Source of the DNA: Chrysomallon squamiferum
Lineage: Eukaryota; Animalia; Mollusca
Direction: 5' to 3'
Length of the DNA stretch: 64,000 nt
Assembly (NCBI GenBank): GCA_012295275.1
Contig: CM022677.1
Location: 24,552,001 to 24,616,000, forward strand
The notes under the pieces were generated by a model, which made no database searches, was not told the DNA's origin, and saw nothing but the letters and a program-made list of their open reading frames with translations. Made by a program: the position numbers and the translations under genes. Shown here one piece after another: positions 45,073 through 59,761 of this stretch. Within the stretch, counting starts at the first letter, position 1, and each line of letters starts with the position of its first letter.

Positions 45073-45228
45073 AATAAAATAAAAAAATAAATAAATAAAT
45101 AAATAAATAAAAAAATAAAAAAATAAAATAAAATAAAATAAAATAAATAAACTATTGAAAATTGAATACACAGCAATTTACACCTTGCAGTTTCAATAAT
45201 GCTCAAAAGATGATAACAAAATCCTTAC

Positions 45229-45540
45229 CTAAAGAGTAACTGTTCACTTTTCCAACTCTACACTGCCATTTACTTTCATCTTCCCTCGACAAACTTTCTA
45301 TTGTCAATTTGAAATTTCGTTCCACTCCTACCATATTTAAGCATCCACAGTGGTAGCTGACAACGCTAAATTTCACCGAGCAGGTTGGTGCAACGGAACA
45401 TATTCCATGAACTTTACCTCCACTGCGCCTGATGAATATCACCTGTTTATTTAGTCTTACGATAGAATAGACCATGCAAAACAACGTATAATTCTTCCCC
45501 AGAACAGGATTGGGTAGACCTCCCATTTGCACAGGTTTCC
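45229..45540 (-). CDS. G7 Ig-like domain exon 4 (KPVQMGGLPNPVLGKNYTLFC...DESKWQC)
   Basis: tcttttctag acceptor and gtaagg donor, 312 nt, phase 1-1. Confidence 0.87.
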
Positions 45541-45589
45541 CTAGAAAAGAGAAACACCTGTATCTCTATCTATTTATTCATCAGTATCC

Positions 45590-45620
<31 letters not shown>

Positions 45621-45629
45621 GCTAGCTAG

Positions 45630-45672
<43 letters not shown>

Positions 45673-45864
45673 TTGAATAATAATATTGGCAAAAAAAAAG
45701 ATAAAGAGTGTAAAGAACAGAAAATAAAAGTAAAATGAGCCAGACAATGATAACTAATTATAGACTTGTAAAATCGAGTCCTTCACATAGATATTGTAAA
45801 CCGTAGAGAAAGAGGCAGACTAGTTTTATTCTAAGGATGCAATTAGGACGACAAAACGTCTTAC

Positions 45865-46191
45865 AGGGAACATCAAACTTGAAGAAGTTGCTCAGATCTT
45901 TCCCAAGCTGGCACCTCCATCCGTTGTAGTCACTTGCCTTTACCCTTTCTATCGTCATTTTATACAAGTGGGTCCGAGTTTGATCTACGCATGCGCAGGT
46001 ATAGCCTTTGATATTAAAGTGACGATTGCACGATTTATGTATCATACAGAAAGTGATATAGACCCCGTCTACGTATTTCTGAAATTGCAGAGTGTAGGAG
46101 GATTTGCTTTCAGCGCCAGAAACAGAACAATAAAGTGTATAGTTCATTTTGATTGCAGCGTATAATTTTCCGTTCATGACAAGAAGCGCAT
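45865..46191 (-). CDS. G7 Ig-like domain exon 3 (ALLVMNGKLYAAIKMNYTLYC...DYNGWRC)
   Basis: ttatttcag acceptor and gtaaga donor, 327 nt, phase 1-1. Confidence 0.87.
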
Positions 46192-46195
46192 CTGA

Positions 46196-46269
<74 letters not shown>

Positions 46270-46574
46270 ATAATGAATGAATGAATGAATAAACAACAAA
46301 TAAATGAAATTAAATAAAATTAAATAAAAATGAATGAGTGAATGACTAACTAACGAACCAATAATAACGAAAGAATGAAAATGAATGAAAATGAATGAAT
46401 AAATAAAGAAATAAATAAATATATTTGATTTTAAAAGAATCATTAAATGATTATTTACTTCAAATTGTATAAACAAAAATGGTGCAAACTAAAAAGAAAA
46501 ATAAGAAGAAAAATTACAATATTACATCATAAGTAATACAACAACAACAACACTAACAATAATAGTAATAATAA

Positions 46575-46611
<37 letters not shown>

Positions 46612-46614
46612 CTA

Positions 46615-46699
<85 letters not shown>

Positions 46700-46858
46700 A
46701 ATAATAATAATAATAAATAATAATAATAATAACAACAACAATAATAAAGATAATACAGATACTGATGATGATGATGATGATGATGATGATAATAATAACT
46801 GACCAAGTGTATCTAAGATGATACAAATAAAATGTTTAATTATATTAGTTGTACATGC

Positions 46859-47009
<151 letters not shown>

Positions 47010-47187
47010 TATTACTGAAATGGAAAACATGTTTTTCATTAATTATTATTAAGATAGTTTACTGGTATCTACAGGCAGACTCATATATCAAAATTACAGC
47101 TGACTAGAAGTGATGTGACGTTTGATACAAATTGTAGAAACATAAGTAGATAACTGGATCTTGAGAGTTAAGTGTACAATTTCTTAC

Positions 47188-47499
47188 TGTTTTCATAAAA
47201 AGAGAAAACGTTACTAAAGCTTTGTCCAGCCTGACATCTCCATTTCACGAAATCAATACCCTTGACGTCTAATAACGTCATTTGATAGAGGCCCACGTCC
47301 AAACTGTCTTCCATACAGCTGCACTCATAAAATAGTAAATGAAAACCCGGAGTACATTTTCTAGACACTAAACAAACAGTGTAGAAGGTCTGCCCTTCTT
47401 GTCTTTGAAAGAGTACGTTTAGTCTGAGAGGAGACAGTGTAGTAATCATGCAGAAGAGTTTGTAGTCTGTGTCGATGCCAGTCATTTGAACAAAGACGC
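47188..47499 (-). CDS. G7 Ig-like domain exon 2 (VFVQMTGIDTDYKLFC...DFVKWRC)
   Basis: atttcag acceptor and gtaaga donor, 312 nt, phase 1-1. Confidence 0.87.
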
Positions 47500-47857
47500 C
47501 TGAAATTCAAATCCACTTTTGATAGAATATAACATAATGACATTCAAATAATTAATAATGATCAAATTTCAGTGTCGTTATTCATTCATTTTTGTTATTA
47601 TGCTTCGGTAAATAAAATTAGCTACATAATAATAATAAAACTGAACATTTAGCAAATAATCAGTAACAATCAATTCTACGGGTCGTTATTATAGTAACAT
47701 AAACAAAACAAAAATAAAAAATAAAAAATAAAAATAAAAAATAAATAAATAAATAAATTGAAAAAATATTGAGAGAGAGAGAGAGAGAGAGTGAGAGAAC
47801 AAAATTAAGAAAGACAAGAAATATATTAAAGGGTATAGTCAGAGTAAAATTTCTTAC

Positions 47858-48183
47858 TATTAATGTTAAATATAAAAGGATTGCTCTTATAAGAACCAAT
47901 CTGACATTTGTAACTTCTACGATCAACCAGCCTCATGCTGAGAATCGTCATTTTGTAAACTTGAACATATCGACTTCGTCCAGCGCATTCACAGTCAAAG
48001 TTTCCAGTTGCACCTATTCTCTTGCACAACTTGTCCAAGAAGCAAACTGAATGAAAAGCTCCTTTGACTTTCGCTTGGAAATAGATAATTTTTTAGCCAG
48101 TTTGGCAGATGACACCCGACAAAACAAAGTGTACTTGTTCCCCAGTGCAACGCTGGGTGGACCATACATCTCTACCGATACAC
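47858..48183 (-). CDS. G7 Ig-like domain exon 1 with apparent -1 frameshift in an A6 run (VSVEMYGPPSVALGNKYTLFC.../..IYFQAKVKGAFHSVCFLDKLC...DRRSYKC)
   Basis: tatttag acceptor and gtaaga donor, 326 nt. Adding one base at 48089-48094 restores 327 nt and the whole domain. Confidence 0.75.
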
Positions 48184-48186
48184 CTA

Positions 48187-48247
<61 letters not shown>

Positions 48248-48460
48248 TATAATAATAAATAATAATAATAATAATAATAATAAATAATAATAATAAAATA
48301 ATAATATAAAATAATAAGAATAAATAATAATTCTTTAATAATAATAATAATAATAAAATAATAATAATAATAATAAAATAAGAATAAATAATAATAATTG
48401 ATTATTTTAATAATAATAATAATATAATAATAATAATAATATAAAATAATAATAATAATA

Positions 48461-48606
<146 letters not shown>

Positions 48607-48942
48607 TAATAACAGTAGTAGTAGTAGTAGTAATATATATAATAGTAGTAGTAGTAGTAGTAGTTTTAGTAGTAGTAGTGAATTCCTGCACATAGTTTCA
48701 GTTCAGTGAGAGGCGTGGACAATGGAATGAATTGACCTGAATAAAACGACTGGAAAAGAAATTAGAATAAATCCAGTTCTTTTGACGTTAGCTAAGGGAC
48801 ACAACTCAAAACCGTTGGTTATTCGAATTTTCTGAAAATGAAGAATATGCCTAGACAAGATGATTGATTATTTTTAATGTGAATCGATTTACCATGAAGC
48901 AAAACAGATAAAATATCCACAATTTTTATCTCTCTCTTTTAT

Positions 48943-49004
<62 letters not shown>

Positions 49005-49129
49005 CTCTCTCTTTTAGTCGTTGCTGTTGTTGTAGATATTATTCTCTCTTATTATTATTATTATTATCTCTCTCTCTCAACATCTTTTAGAGAGAGAGAG
49101 AGGAGAGAGAGAGAGATTGATAGATCTCT

Positions 49130-49184
<55 letters not shown>

Positions 49185-49282
49185 TCTATATATTTATTTA
49201 TTATTTTATTTTTATGTTTTGACATGACTTTATTTCATTTGTTTATTCATTCATTCATTCATTTATTTATTATTTATTTCAG

Positions 49283-49342
49283 AATTGATAAAAGAAAAGA
49301 ATTGCCACCATGGGAACAGGCTGATGCTAAGGAGACAAAAAG
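49283..49342 (+). CDS. C15orf48: NMES1/C15orf48 (B12D/NDUFA4 family)-like penultimate exon (IDKRKELPPWEQADAKETK)
   Basis: ttatttcag acceptor and gtaaac donor. Resembles the recalled NMES1 segment [20 protein letters not shown]. One A short (A5 run) of joining the next exon in frame. Confidence 0.6.
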
Positions 49343-49396
49343 GTAAACACATATATATATATATATATATAAATAACAACATGTGTGTTTTGTGTG

Positions 49397-49434
<38 letters not shown>

Positions 49435-49628
49435 ATCTGCATGCTAGGACATATGTTTGTAAACACACAGATGAGCTCTCATGTGTGTAAAATAAAAAAA
49501 AATAATAGCCAAACAAAACATTTGTAATGCTAAATGACATACTGAAACTATATATTTACTTATTAATTTATGCTAATAACAATAGCAACAGTCATACTGT
49601 TATATTAGTAGTAGCAGTAGTAGTATCA

Positions 49629-49703
<75 letters not shown>

Positions 49704-49732
49704 TATCTGTATTTTTCTTTTCTTTCAAACAG

Positions 49733-49813
49733 CTTCTGAATTTCGGACAACAATACAGAGAAATCCCAGAATTGGAAGCCCTGAAAAAAGAAATTGGAAG
49801 CTACAAATTTTAA
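49733..49813 (+). CDS. C15orf48: NMES1/C15orf48-like terminal exon (LLNFGQQYREIPELEALKKEIGSYKF*)
   Basis: Pyrimidine-rich aaacag acceptor, phase 0, TAA at 49811-49813. Resembles the recalled NMES1 C-terminus LITINQQWKPIEELQNVQR. Confidence 0.6.
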   Translation, partial: LLNFGQQYREIPELEALKKEIGSYKF

Positions 49814-49893
49814 ATGTGGAGAGTTTATTAGAAGGGAGACAACTCTGTTTCCATGCATGACTGGATGAATGATTTATTAAAAAAGAAAAACAG

Positions 49894-49925
<32 letters not shown>

Positions 49926-50254
49926 ATTTAATTTAGAAAAAAAGTAATGTGATACAGAAAACATAGATCATCACTGTTTTGGATTTCGTTTTAATTGGTG
50001 ATTTTTTATTACTAATATTATTTATTATTATTACATCTTGGAAGTTTGTGAGATGAATAAAAAGAATAACATAAGACTATGTGAAAACATGATGGCCAAC
50101 GATATACGCATGGGAATTCCTTTTACTACTGTTTTTGTGTGTATGTGTGTTCGAACAATTCGTTGGATTATATATATATAACGTATCATATTTAAGAATT
50201 TTTCTTCATTATTATTTTTATTATTATTATCGTGTTACAGAAACCACTGGAATA

Positions 50255-50296
<42 letters not shown>

Positions 50297-50518
50297 AATG
50301 AATTAGTTTTTCATTTGTTTTCCCGGTGTTCTAAATGATTATAATTACATTTACTATAACAATGTAATAGAATTTCCATATTCTTCAAATAACAGGTATA
50401 TATCAGTTTTTCATATATAAAAAAACATAAATAAATAAACTAAAATGAAGGACAAAGAACAGAAAACTAAATTATACTTATTTACTGGTAACAGGATATA
50501 CTTCATGAGTTAAATTAC

Positions 50519-50583
<65 letters not shown>

Positions 50584-51138
50584 TAAATGAAAAAGAAAAA
50601 GACGGAAATAACCACTGTTGTTAGTTATATCTAAAAATCGATATTGTTTGTAAATATTGAAGAATAAACAACTTTTGTAGAATAATTTGCGTTCATTATT
50701 TTGTTTAAAATTATAGCTGTTCATATTTAATATTATTTTAGATTAATTTTCAGATAGTATGTCATTCTTCAGTTTAGTCATTTGATCATATATATATATA
50801 TATATATCAAATGTTGCAAACTAAAACTGTTTAATATATTATTATGACACTCAAACCAAGACCATAACAGTAAAAACACCAAATAACAACAACAGCAGCA
50901 GCAACAACAACAACAACAACAACAAATTACAACGTGTGTGTGTGTGTGTGTGTTATATTAATTTCAATTTAAATTAAAATCTTTGTTCTACCTTTATTTA
51001 TTTATTTATTTTAAATTTATAAACATATATAGAGGCGTAATAATTTTTATAGATTTGTGATGTTGTACATAGATATGTTCAACAAATATAGAATTTATTG
51101 TGGTTGAAAACAGAGCGAAAAAAAATTAAAAAAAAAAA

Positions 51139-51173
<35 letters not shown>

Positions 51174-51223
51174 TAAATAATAAATAAATAATAATAAAAT
51201 AAAAAATAATAATAATAATAATA

Positions 51224-51262
<39 letters not shown>

Positions 51263-51379
51263 TTAAGTCGCGCATGAAAGATGTTTTGTCAAGAAATCAA
51301 GAAAGCGAGCGAATATAACATAATTTGAGTACTTGTGGTTCAAAGTTCTAAGAGTAATGTATACTTAATCAGCTTAGAA

Positions 51380-51428
<49 letters not shown>

Positions 51429-51848
51429 AGATATGTTTATGTTATGTATGAGTGCGTGCGTGCATGTATATGTGTATGTATGTATGTATGTATGTATGTA
51501 TGTGTGTGTGTGTGTAATACTACTACTACTACTACTACTACTAAAATCTTAATAATCATAATACTGATAAAGTAAATATAAATAAAAAAACACAAGTAAA
51601 TAAAAAAACAAAAAAAACAAAACAGTAATAATTATATAAAAAAAAAAAGCACAAGTAAATAAAAAAAAAAACCCAGTAATAATTATATAAATTAAAATTA
51701 GAATAGTTATATCCAAAATCCTGCATAACAATTCATTAAATCCATTCTTTCCATTATTTTTGTTATCGCCCGAAATAGGAAATCTTTCATCAGACGTCGA
51801 AGGAAAAGAGAAAAACAAATCGTCAACGTTTATATTAACAGAGTAAAC

Positions 51849-52031
51849 TGGGGCGGAGCCAGCGTTTCTGATGAGTGGGGGTCCATCACAAAAAGGACAC
51901 CATATATTATTATGAAAATGTTTTGACAACGTAACTATTGAAAAATTGCACACGGTTCATATGGACCATAATATAATAGTGCTACAACAGGGACACTGGC
52001 AAACCTATTCTAGTGTTCAATACATTGACAG

Positions 52032-52077
<46 letters not shown>

Positions 52078-52178
52078 TATAAAACATCTAAAATTCATAA
52101 ATAAAAGGGGGATACTTCTCCAATTTGATGGGGGTGGGGGGTCCGAACGCCTTGAAACACCCCTCTAGATCCGTCCCA
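51849..52178. mobile_element. Non-autonomous element with GC-rich imperfect TIRs
   Basis: tggggcggagccag ... ctagatccgtccca (11/14 inverted match) with G/C-rich subtermini. TSD not clear. Confidence 0.45.
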
Positions 52179-52631
52179 TATAATTCGCAAAAAAAAAAAA
52201 AAAAAAACTAGGTCACGTAACCATGGCGACTAGACGTACTGTTAAAATGGAAGTCGGTCAGATACATGCGCCAGACGGGCCGATAACATGAGAATGTGAA
52301 CTGGCTAACTTCTGAAAGAAATCTTCGTGATGAAACCTGTAATTTTATATTTGTGTTTATCCTCAAGGACGGATTACGTTACAGTTAGATAAATAAACTG
52401 TAGTTCTACAGCTAAGCGATTGGCAACCTTGAAAGTCGCGCGTGAATGACTTTTAGTTTGGCTTCAATGAAACTTGTGACAAAAAGTAACAAAGATACAA
52501 GGTTATTTTAGTTCTGGATGAATAAACTTTTGATAGAGACTTCAGGGCTGCACGTAATTAGAACAGTTTAAAATGAACTGGTACGAGGTCCCTCGTTTTC
52601 TTTTTAATGTAATAAGGTAAAATACTGTATA

Positions 52632-52666
<35 letters not shown>

Positions 52667-52951
52667 TAAATAAATAACAGGAACAGCAGCAACAAACCCC
52701 CAACACCCCAAAAAATCCACAACAATAACAAAAAAACACCCATAAATTAAAAATAAATAAATAAATAAAACAATAAATAATATAAAATAAAATAATAAGC
52801 AAAATAAAAGACACAAAAAACAACAACAAATATCAACAACAACAAAACAGTTTGACTAATGATTTAAAAGTAATTGTCAATTTTAAATAATAAACATTAG
52901 CAAATGAATTATTCAGCTTACTGGAAACTAATAACAACACATAAATACATA

Positions 52952-52990
<39 letters not shown>

Positions 52991-53253
52991 ATGAAATAAC
53001 TGTAGATATACTAACCGTTACAGCTGTTAATCGATGGAAGGCGAGTCTGACAAATATGGCTCAAAGAGTTACCTCCCTTCTTGCATCGAAATATATTTAA
53101 AGGATGCATTATTTTTCTCTACTTTATAAGCACATTAATCTAGTTTAATACAAAAACATATTTCCTGTTGTATGTTAACTGCGCTCTCACAACAGTGTTG
53201 CCTTCATTTCAAACTAGATTTTGTTAAATTAAAAAAAAATAATAAAATAAATA

Positions 53254-53315
<62 letters not shown>

Positions 53316-53336
53316 TGAAAAAGAAAAATGAGAAAC

Positions 53337-53380
<44 letters not shown>

Positions 53381-53402
53381 CAGAAAAAAAAAATAAATTC
53401 AG

Positions 53403-53469
<67 letters not shown>

Positions 53470-53632
53470 AAGTTAACAAGAAATTTCTCCTGTAAATTGT
53501 TATAAACGTCTTTCCAAAACAATTTGCTTCTTACAATCCGATACAATTTCTATTTTCTGTCTGATTATTATAGAAAGATATTATAATCTTTACATCATTA
53601 TTATAAAAAAAAAAAAAATCATAATAAAACAG

Positions 53633-53676
53633 GAATGCAAATATGACGTCAAACATCACTGATGACGTGACGTCTG
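53633..53676 (+). CDS. Candidate 44-nt exon of the membrane protein gene (NANMTSNITDDVTS-G)
   Basis: acag acceptor and gtaaaa donor, phase 2->1, compatible with 54124. The acceptor lacks a pyrimidine tract. Confidence 0.3.
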
Positions 53677-53998
53677 GTAAAAGTTTCTAAATTTCAGACG
53701 ACGCAGATGATATTTTACTTCTGATCCCACGGAATTATTTACGACGTGTCTTCATTTCGTCGGTTTTTCAGTTAGCTAATGCATGTAAGTCCTTTTTGTT
53801 TTTGATTTACGTTGATAAAAAAAAAAAAAAGTTCTTACCTTTACTAAATCCTTTCTATCTTTCTTCTTCTTCTTCTTGCTATTATTTTACTGTTATCGCT
53901 CTAGTTGTTACTGTAATTGTGGTTATTCTTATTATCATTGTTACCGATGTTGTTGCTGTTGTTTTTCTTCTTCTTCATAGTATTAATATTATAATAAC

Positions 53999-54107
<109 letters not shown>

Positions 54108-54123
54108 ACTGATCGTTATTCAG

Positions 54124-54236
54124 GTGATTATCGTGACGTCATCAAGATAAACAAAGAGATGTTTAAACGATGGCTTTTTATGTCGATTCGTGACGTCACA
54201 AACCACATATCGGCGTTACGTATATCTAACATGCAG
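54124..54236 (+). CDS. Membrane protein fragment exon, copy 2 (GDYRDVIKINKEMFKRWLFMSIRDVTNHISALRISNMQ)
   Basis: ttattcag acceptor and gtacgt donor, phase 1->0. Confidence 0.72.
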
Positions 54237-54542
54237 GTACGTCAGAGTTATCTTCCCTTACTTGTCACTTTTATTTCTCGTACAGTCGAAGGTTTTTACA
54301 AGATTCCTTGAATATCGCATTTCCATTCATTATCCTAAAAATGCTTCAGGACAGATTTTCTGTATTAATTTTAAATACCTTTTCTTTATTTCTTCACCTC
54401 AGCATAGACTTTTATTATTCTCTACGAAAGTGGTTTTCAATCTGTGGTAAACATAACCAGCAGACATCAAGACTAATCGAGCAAATTAAATTAGAAGACC
54501 ACCAAAATAATGATAATGCATTCTCGTCAGAAAGGATCCCTA

Positions 54543-54598
<56 letters not shown>

Positions 54599-54768
54599 TT
54601 CAAAAATAATATTTTTGCGTTGTATTGTATCCAATTAAGACACATAGTTTTGTTCACGTATTAACATATATCGAACCTAATCTACCCTGAATCATATCAA
54701 CGAAATAGTTTTCTGTGAATGGATACAGATAAAAAAATAAAAAAAAAGGATAAACCTATGCTCTAATG

Positions 54769-55030
54769 CACTGGTCTTCAACCTTTCTCATGAGCAACTC
54801 AATATGACCGATGACCCCTTTAAAACATTTTGATTCAATAATATCTAGGGTTACCATATTTTCATCAACCAAAGACAGTACAAAAGGAATCTATATTCAC
54901 TATGACTATACGTTTTTATTTATTCCTTCTTCCAAGTCAAGTTGAAAAAAGCTAAAACATACCCTCGCTCAAGAACGATCTCGCGACCCCCAGAAAAAAA
55001 GGCTGGCGACTCCCGGGTTGAAAACCTGTG
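54769..55030. mobile_element. hAT/Charlie-like MITE, copy 2
   Basis: Same TIRs and flanks as 2117-2378, so it predates the duplication. Confidence 0.65.
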
Positions 55031-55158
55031 CTGTAAGGTAAACGGGCAAACACTGGGGTCATTTTAGGCGAGTGCTAAGATTTAGTGTGTACAGTAATTC
55101 GTACTAACCAGCTCGCTTTGACACAAAATCCAACTCAACGCAAATGGTAGAAAAAGGA

Positions 55159-55298
<140 letters not shown>

Positions 55299-55858
55299 CA
55301 TAAGCAAAACGTTACCTGACAAAGCAAAATGAATGCAAGCATTTCTAGTGCATGATGGGATACTGTTATAATGGCTAACCTAGTGTTACCTAATTTGAAT
55401 TTGTTATTATTACTGCTGCTACTACTACTACTACATCTACTACTACTACAACAACTACTACTACTACTACAATTACTAGTACTACTAGTATTACTTTAAA
55501 TCTCAATCTGCTCCTGGTTGATCTAATATTAATTAATTTGTTTTTATTATTATTAGTGATACTACTATTACTACTACTACTATTTCTGCTATATTACTAC
55601 TACTGCTACTATTGCTACTACTGCTACTGCTACAATTATTATTATTATTTTAAATCTCATATTTCATGTGATTGTTTCAGTTTATCTTGTGTTAATTAAT
55701 TTGACTTTTTTTTATTATTACCGGTGATACAACAACTACTACTACTATTACTACAGTAGTGCTACTACTAATACTATCATTACTACTAGTGCTACTACTA
55801 ATACTCTATTGCTGCTATTATTATTAATTTAAAACTCATATTTGATTTGATGTTTCAG

Positions 55859-56032
55859 GTTGACCTAGGCCAAGAGGACATTCTGGTTTCGTTCCGTCTT
55901 TTGGACGTGGCCCCGATTAAAGGCGACGTCTCGAATCCGGCGAAACAGATTTCTATGCAGGATGCCGCAGACATGATCACTTCAGCCATTAATTCCAAAC
56001 AGTTTGGTATCCAGATTGTAACGCATTTAAAG
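55859..56032 (+). CDS. Membrane protein fragment exon, copy 2 (VDLGQEDILVSFRLLDVAPIKGDV...THLK)
   Basis: tttcag acceptor and gtgaga donor, 174 nt. Confidence 0.8.
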
Positions 56033-56081
56033 GTGAGAGATATCATTTGAAACGTGCATCGATCAACTTGTCAAACCTACA

Positions 56082-56120
<39 letters not shown>

Positions 56121-56241
56121 TCACGATCCCAAGTCAAAGAATAAAGTGGTTCTTTTCTTCTTTGTCTGTAGTTCGCGTCTACCTTTTTATTTGATTCCTT
56201 TTCTGATTTTTTATTTTTGTCTTTATTTTTGTCTATATTTT

Positions 56242-56285
<44 letters not shown>

Positions 56286-56319
56286 TCATTCATTCTTTCT
56301 TTCTTTTTTTTTTTGACAG

Positions 56320-56416
56320 CAAAAGTCGTTCATAGCTAAGCCGTTCAGTACTAAATCGTGGGACACGGTTATAAAAGAAGACTCCTACAAAGAACCCCGT
56401 GTTGGTTACAGCGCCG
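56320..56416 (+). CDS. Membrane protein fragment exon, copy 2 (QKSFIAKPFSTKSWDTVIKEDSYKEPRVGYSA)
   Basis: ttgacag acceptor and gtatct donor, phase 0->1. Confidence 0.75.
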
Positions 56417-56442
56417 GTATCTGCTCTTTTAATATAATAGTA

Positions 56443-56511
<69 letters not shown>

Positions 56512-56513
56512 TG

Positions 56514-56680
<167 letters not shown>

Positions 56681-57177
56681 TAATAATAATAATAATAATG
56701 ATGATGATAATAATAATAATGAAATAATAATGATGATAATAATAATAATAATGATAATAATAATGATAATAATAATGATAATAATGATAATAATAATAAT
56801 AATAATAATAATGATGATGATGATAATTATGATAATGATGATTTTTTTAGCAAATTGTTTTATAGCTTTAATTTTATATCTGTTATCTACTTCTATATCT
56901 ATGTTTATATCTATATCTGTCTATATATGTATGTGGCTGTGTGTGTGTGTTTGAGAGAGAGAGTGTTTGTGTGGTGTATGTGTTGTGTGTGTTTGTATGT
57001 GGTATGTGTTTTGTGTGTGTTTGTATGTGTGTGTGTGTGGTGTGTGTAGGTGTTGTCTGTGTTGTGTATGTGAGTCCGTGTGTTTGTGGTATGTGTGTAT
57101 GAGTGTGTGTGTCTGTGTTGTTTGTGTTGTGTGTGTGTGTACGTATGCCTGTATATAAACGTATTACTTTATTACAG

Positions 57178-57326
57178 GAACTATGGCTGGGACCGGTATT
57201 GGCGTGTTTCTCTTGTCGTTTGTGGTCGGTTTCGGTGCTTTGTTCGTCCTCTACAAGCGACTTGGCGGCTCTTTCACCCTGAAAAGGTTTGACGACCTGG
57301 AACCTGTCGTCAACAATGGAAACTAA
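57178..57326 (+). CDS. Terminal TM exon, copy 2 (GTMAGTGIGVFLLSFVVGFGALFVLYKRLGGSFTLKRFDDLEPVVNNGN*)
   Basis: ttattacag acceptor, TM helix, TAA at 57324-57326. Confidence 0.8.
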
Positions 57327-57406
57327 ATCTTTAACATCATCATCATTTTCATCATAATCATTCTTCTTCTTCTTCTTGAATGTTTTCCATCAAAATAATA
57401 TATTCA

Positions 57407-57454
<48 letters not shown>

Positions 57455-57843
57455 TATAAATTATAATTCTGTGTTTATTTTTTATTTTTTTTTTTTTTTT
57501 TAGTCTATTACAATACATAACAGAAGTGAATATTTGCCAATTTTTTTTAGCCAACGCTATTAAATGAAAACTAGACAAAAGAAAAACTGTTATTTATTTA
57601 CCATCAACAACAGCAGTTCTGCATCTGTCAGGAATGAATCATTAGAACGGCACTGCTAGGTTACATCCAGTTCTGCATGTTTTAAACTAGCTTGTAAATA
57701 AACACTTCATATATGGAGCTATTTAACTGTTGTTTTGTTAATTGGGTCGTGTTTATGTCTGTCACTGATATACATTAGATTATTTGGATTGATACACATA
57801 AAGATGTCTTTATTTTAATCCCTCTGTACATTAAATTATTTGC

Positions 57844-57876
<33 letters not shown>

Positions 57877-58853
57877 ACATGTCTTTATTTTAATAACTAA
57901 GTTGTCTACGGTAAATTATTTGCTAGCTACAAACAAACGTGTCTTGATTTCATCTGTTTATTTATTTATTCACTAATACGTTTTTTTATTTACTTTATTT
58001 ATTTATTCATTCATTTATTTACTCTATTTATTTATTTACTAGTATTTATTTATTTTTATTTATTTATATATTTATTTATTTCGTTTATTTATTTACTAAT
58101 ATTTATTTATTTTTTATTTATTTATTTATTCATTTATTTTATTTATTCATTTATTTATTTATTCAGTTTTATTTATTTATTTATATATTTATTTATTTCT
58201 TTATTTATTTATTATTTTATTTATTTATTCATTTATTTATTTATTCAGTAATATTTATTTATTTACTCTATTTATTTATTTACTAGTATTTATTTATTTT
58301 TATTTATTTATATATTTATTTATTACGTTTATTTATTCGTTTATTTACTAATATTATTTTTTTTTTCATTTATTTATATATCTATTTATTTACTAATATT
58401 TATTTATTTATTTGTTTATTTATTTTACTTATTTATTTGTTTGTTTCCTTGTTTATTGAAGTACTACCCTGAATATTACTTCTCATTAAAGGAATGCAAA
58501 CCGATCTTGTGTCAACGTGACAAATGTAACACAATTACAGGTGAACACAACAGACCAAAATATATAATTAACAGGTGAAAAAAAAGAAAAAAAACGATTC
58601 TAAGAGTTGGCAGACAATATTAACGTGTCGAGAGAGAGAGAAAAAAAAAATTGATATTCAAATTGCCAACATACATGAAACAAACGCCCCTTGTAAACAC
58701 TGATTTAAACAGTCTCATTAATTTCGTTACGTGCGTTCTTTACTATTTTCAAAATACGAGTATTATGTAACCAGATTTACATGTCAACAAATAATAAACA
58801 AAAAACACATAGGCACGCACACATATGGATAAATATACATACATTTATATATA

Positions 58854-58938
<85 letters not shown>

Positions 58939-59105
58939 ATAGACATGTAGTTTGATAGATAGATATAGATAGATGCAATTACATGATAATTTACATTATT
59001 CAGATTACAAGTGAACAGGGTATAATTATTTCATTTTGAAATTCTTTTTATTTATTCTTTTTGTTAAATATATATTCTTAATAGGAGAAAGAATATGTAT
59101 GTATA

Positions 59106-59137
<32 letters not shown>

Positions 59138-59142
<5 letters not shown>

Positions 59143-59354
59143 TGTCCCAGAAGTCGCGCACCATATACATGTATATAATATTTTTTTTTTTTTTATATTA
59201 CAGAGTAAAAAACAGTTTTATAAAGAGAATTGAAGTATGTATCAATGCAGAGGGCAAGCAATTTGAGCATTTGTTATGATTATTATTAATAAAATTTTTA
59301 TTCATATGTATCTAAATAAAAATCTTCATGGTGCGTGACTTCTGGGACACCCTG
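59138..59354 (+). mobile_element. Internally deleted Tc1/mariner-superfamily element (217 bp)
   Basis: ~27-bp TIRs tagagtgtcccagaagtcgcgcaccat / atggtgcgtgacttctgggacaccctg in TA context. The internal remnant encodes RVKNSFIKRIEVCINAEGKQFEHLL*, a typical Tc1/mariner transposase C-terminus. Confidence 0.85.
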
Positions 59355-59761
59355 TATATATATATATGATATTTCCATACTGAGGTAATTAAATTTAAAT
59401 CGCAATTATATATATACGATTTCTCTTCTGATCAGAAAACAAATACGCTTTCGCAAATAAATATTAATATCATCGGACGAGTGCAAACACGGCGATTTAC
59501 CGAATCAAAATACGATTCAAAGACAGCGGGTGGCAAATTTGTAACAATCAACTATCTTTTCAAACCGTTGTCATCATCACGTTTGTAAAAACAGGCAGTA
59601 GTTAACACAGGACAACCTGTCAGTTAAGCTAACACGTACCTACGTAGATAATGTCAATTTGCACTGACTGTTATGTAACAAACAAGCGAAGTTTATCGCC
59701 GGTGAAATGGTTAGAGGCGTAGTAATACGAAACGCACAGTTGAGCGTTTTGCTATCTAGAC

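Noticed and set aside
50410-50506. Hydrophobic minus-strand ORF MKYILLPVNKYNLVFCSLSFILVYLF as the G7 leader
   Set aside because: No convincing phase-1 donor, and the composition is explained by AT-rich low-complexity sequence.
52211-52300. RFX X-box-like gtaaccatggcgac with short ORF MATRRTVKMEVGQIHAPDGPIT*
   Set aside because: A single motif and a 22-aa ORF with no linked exon are insufficient to call a promoter or gene.
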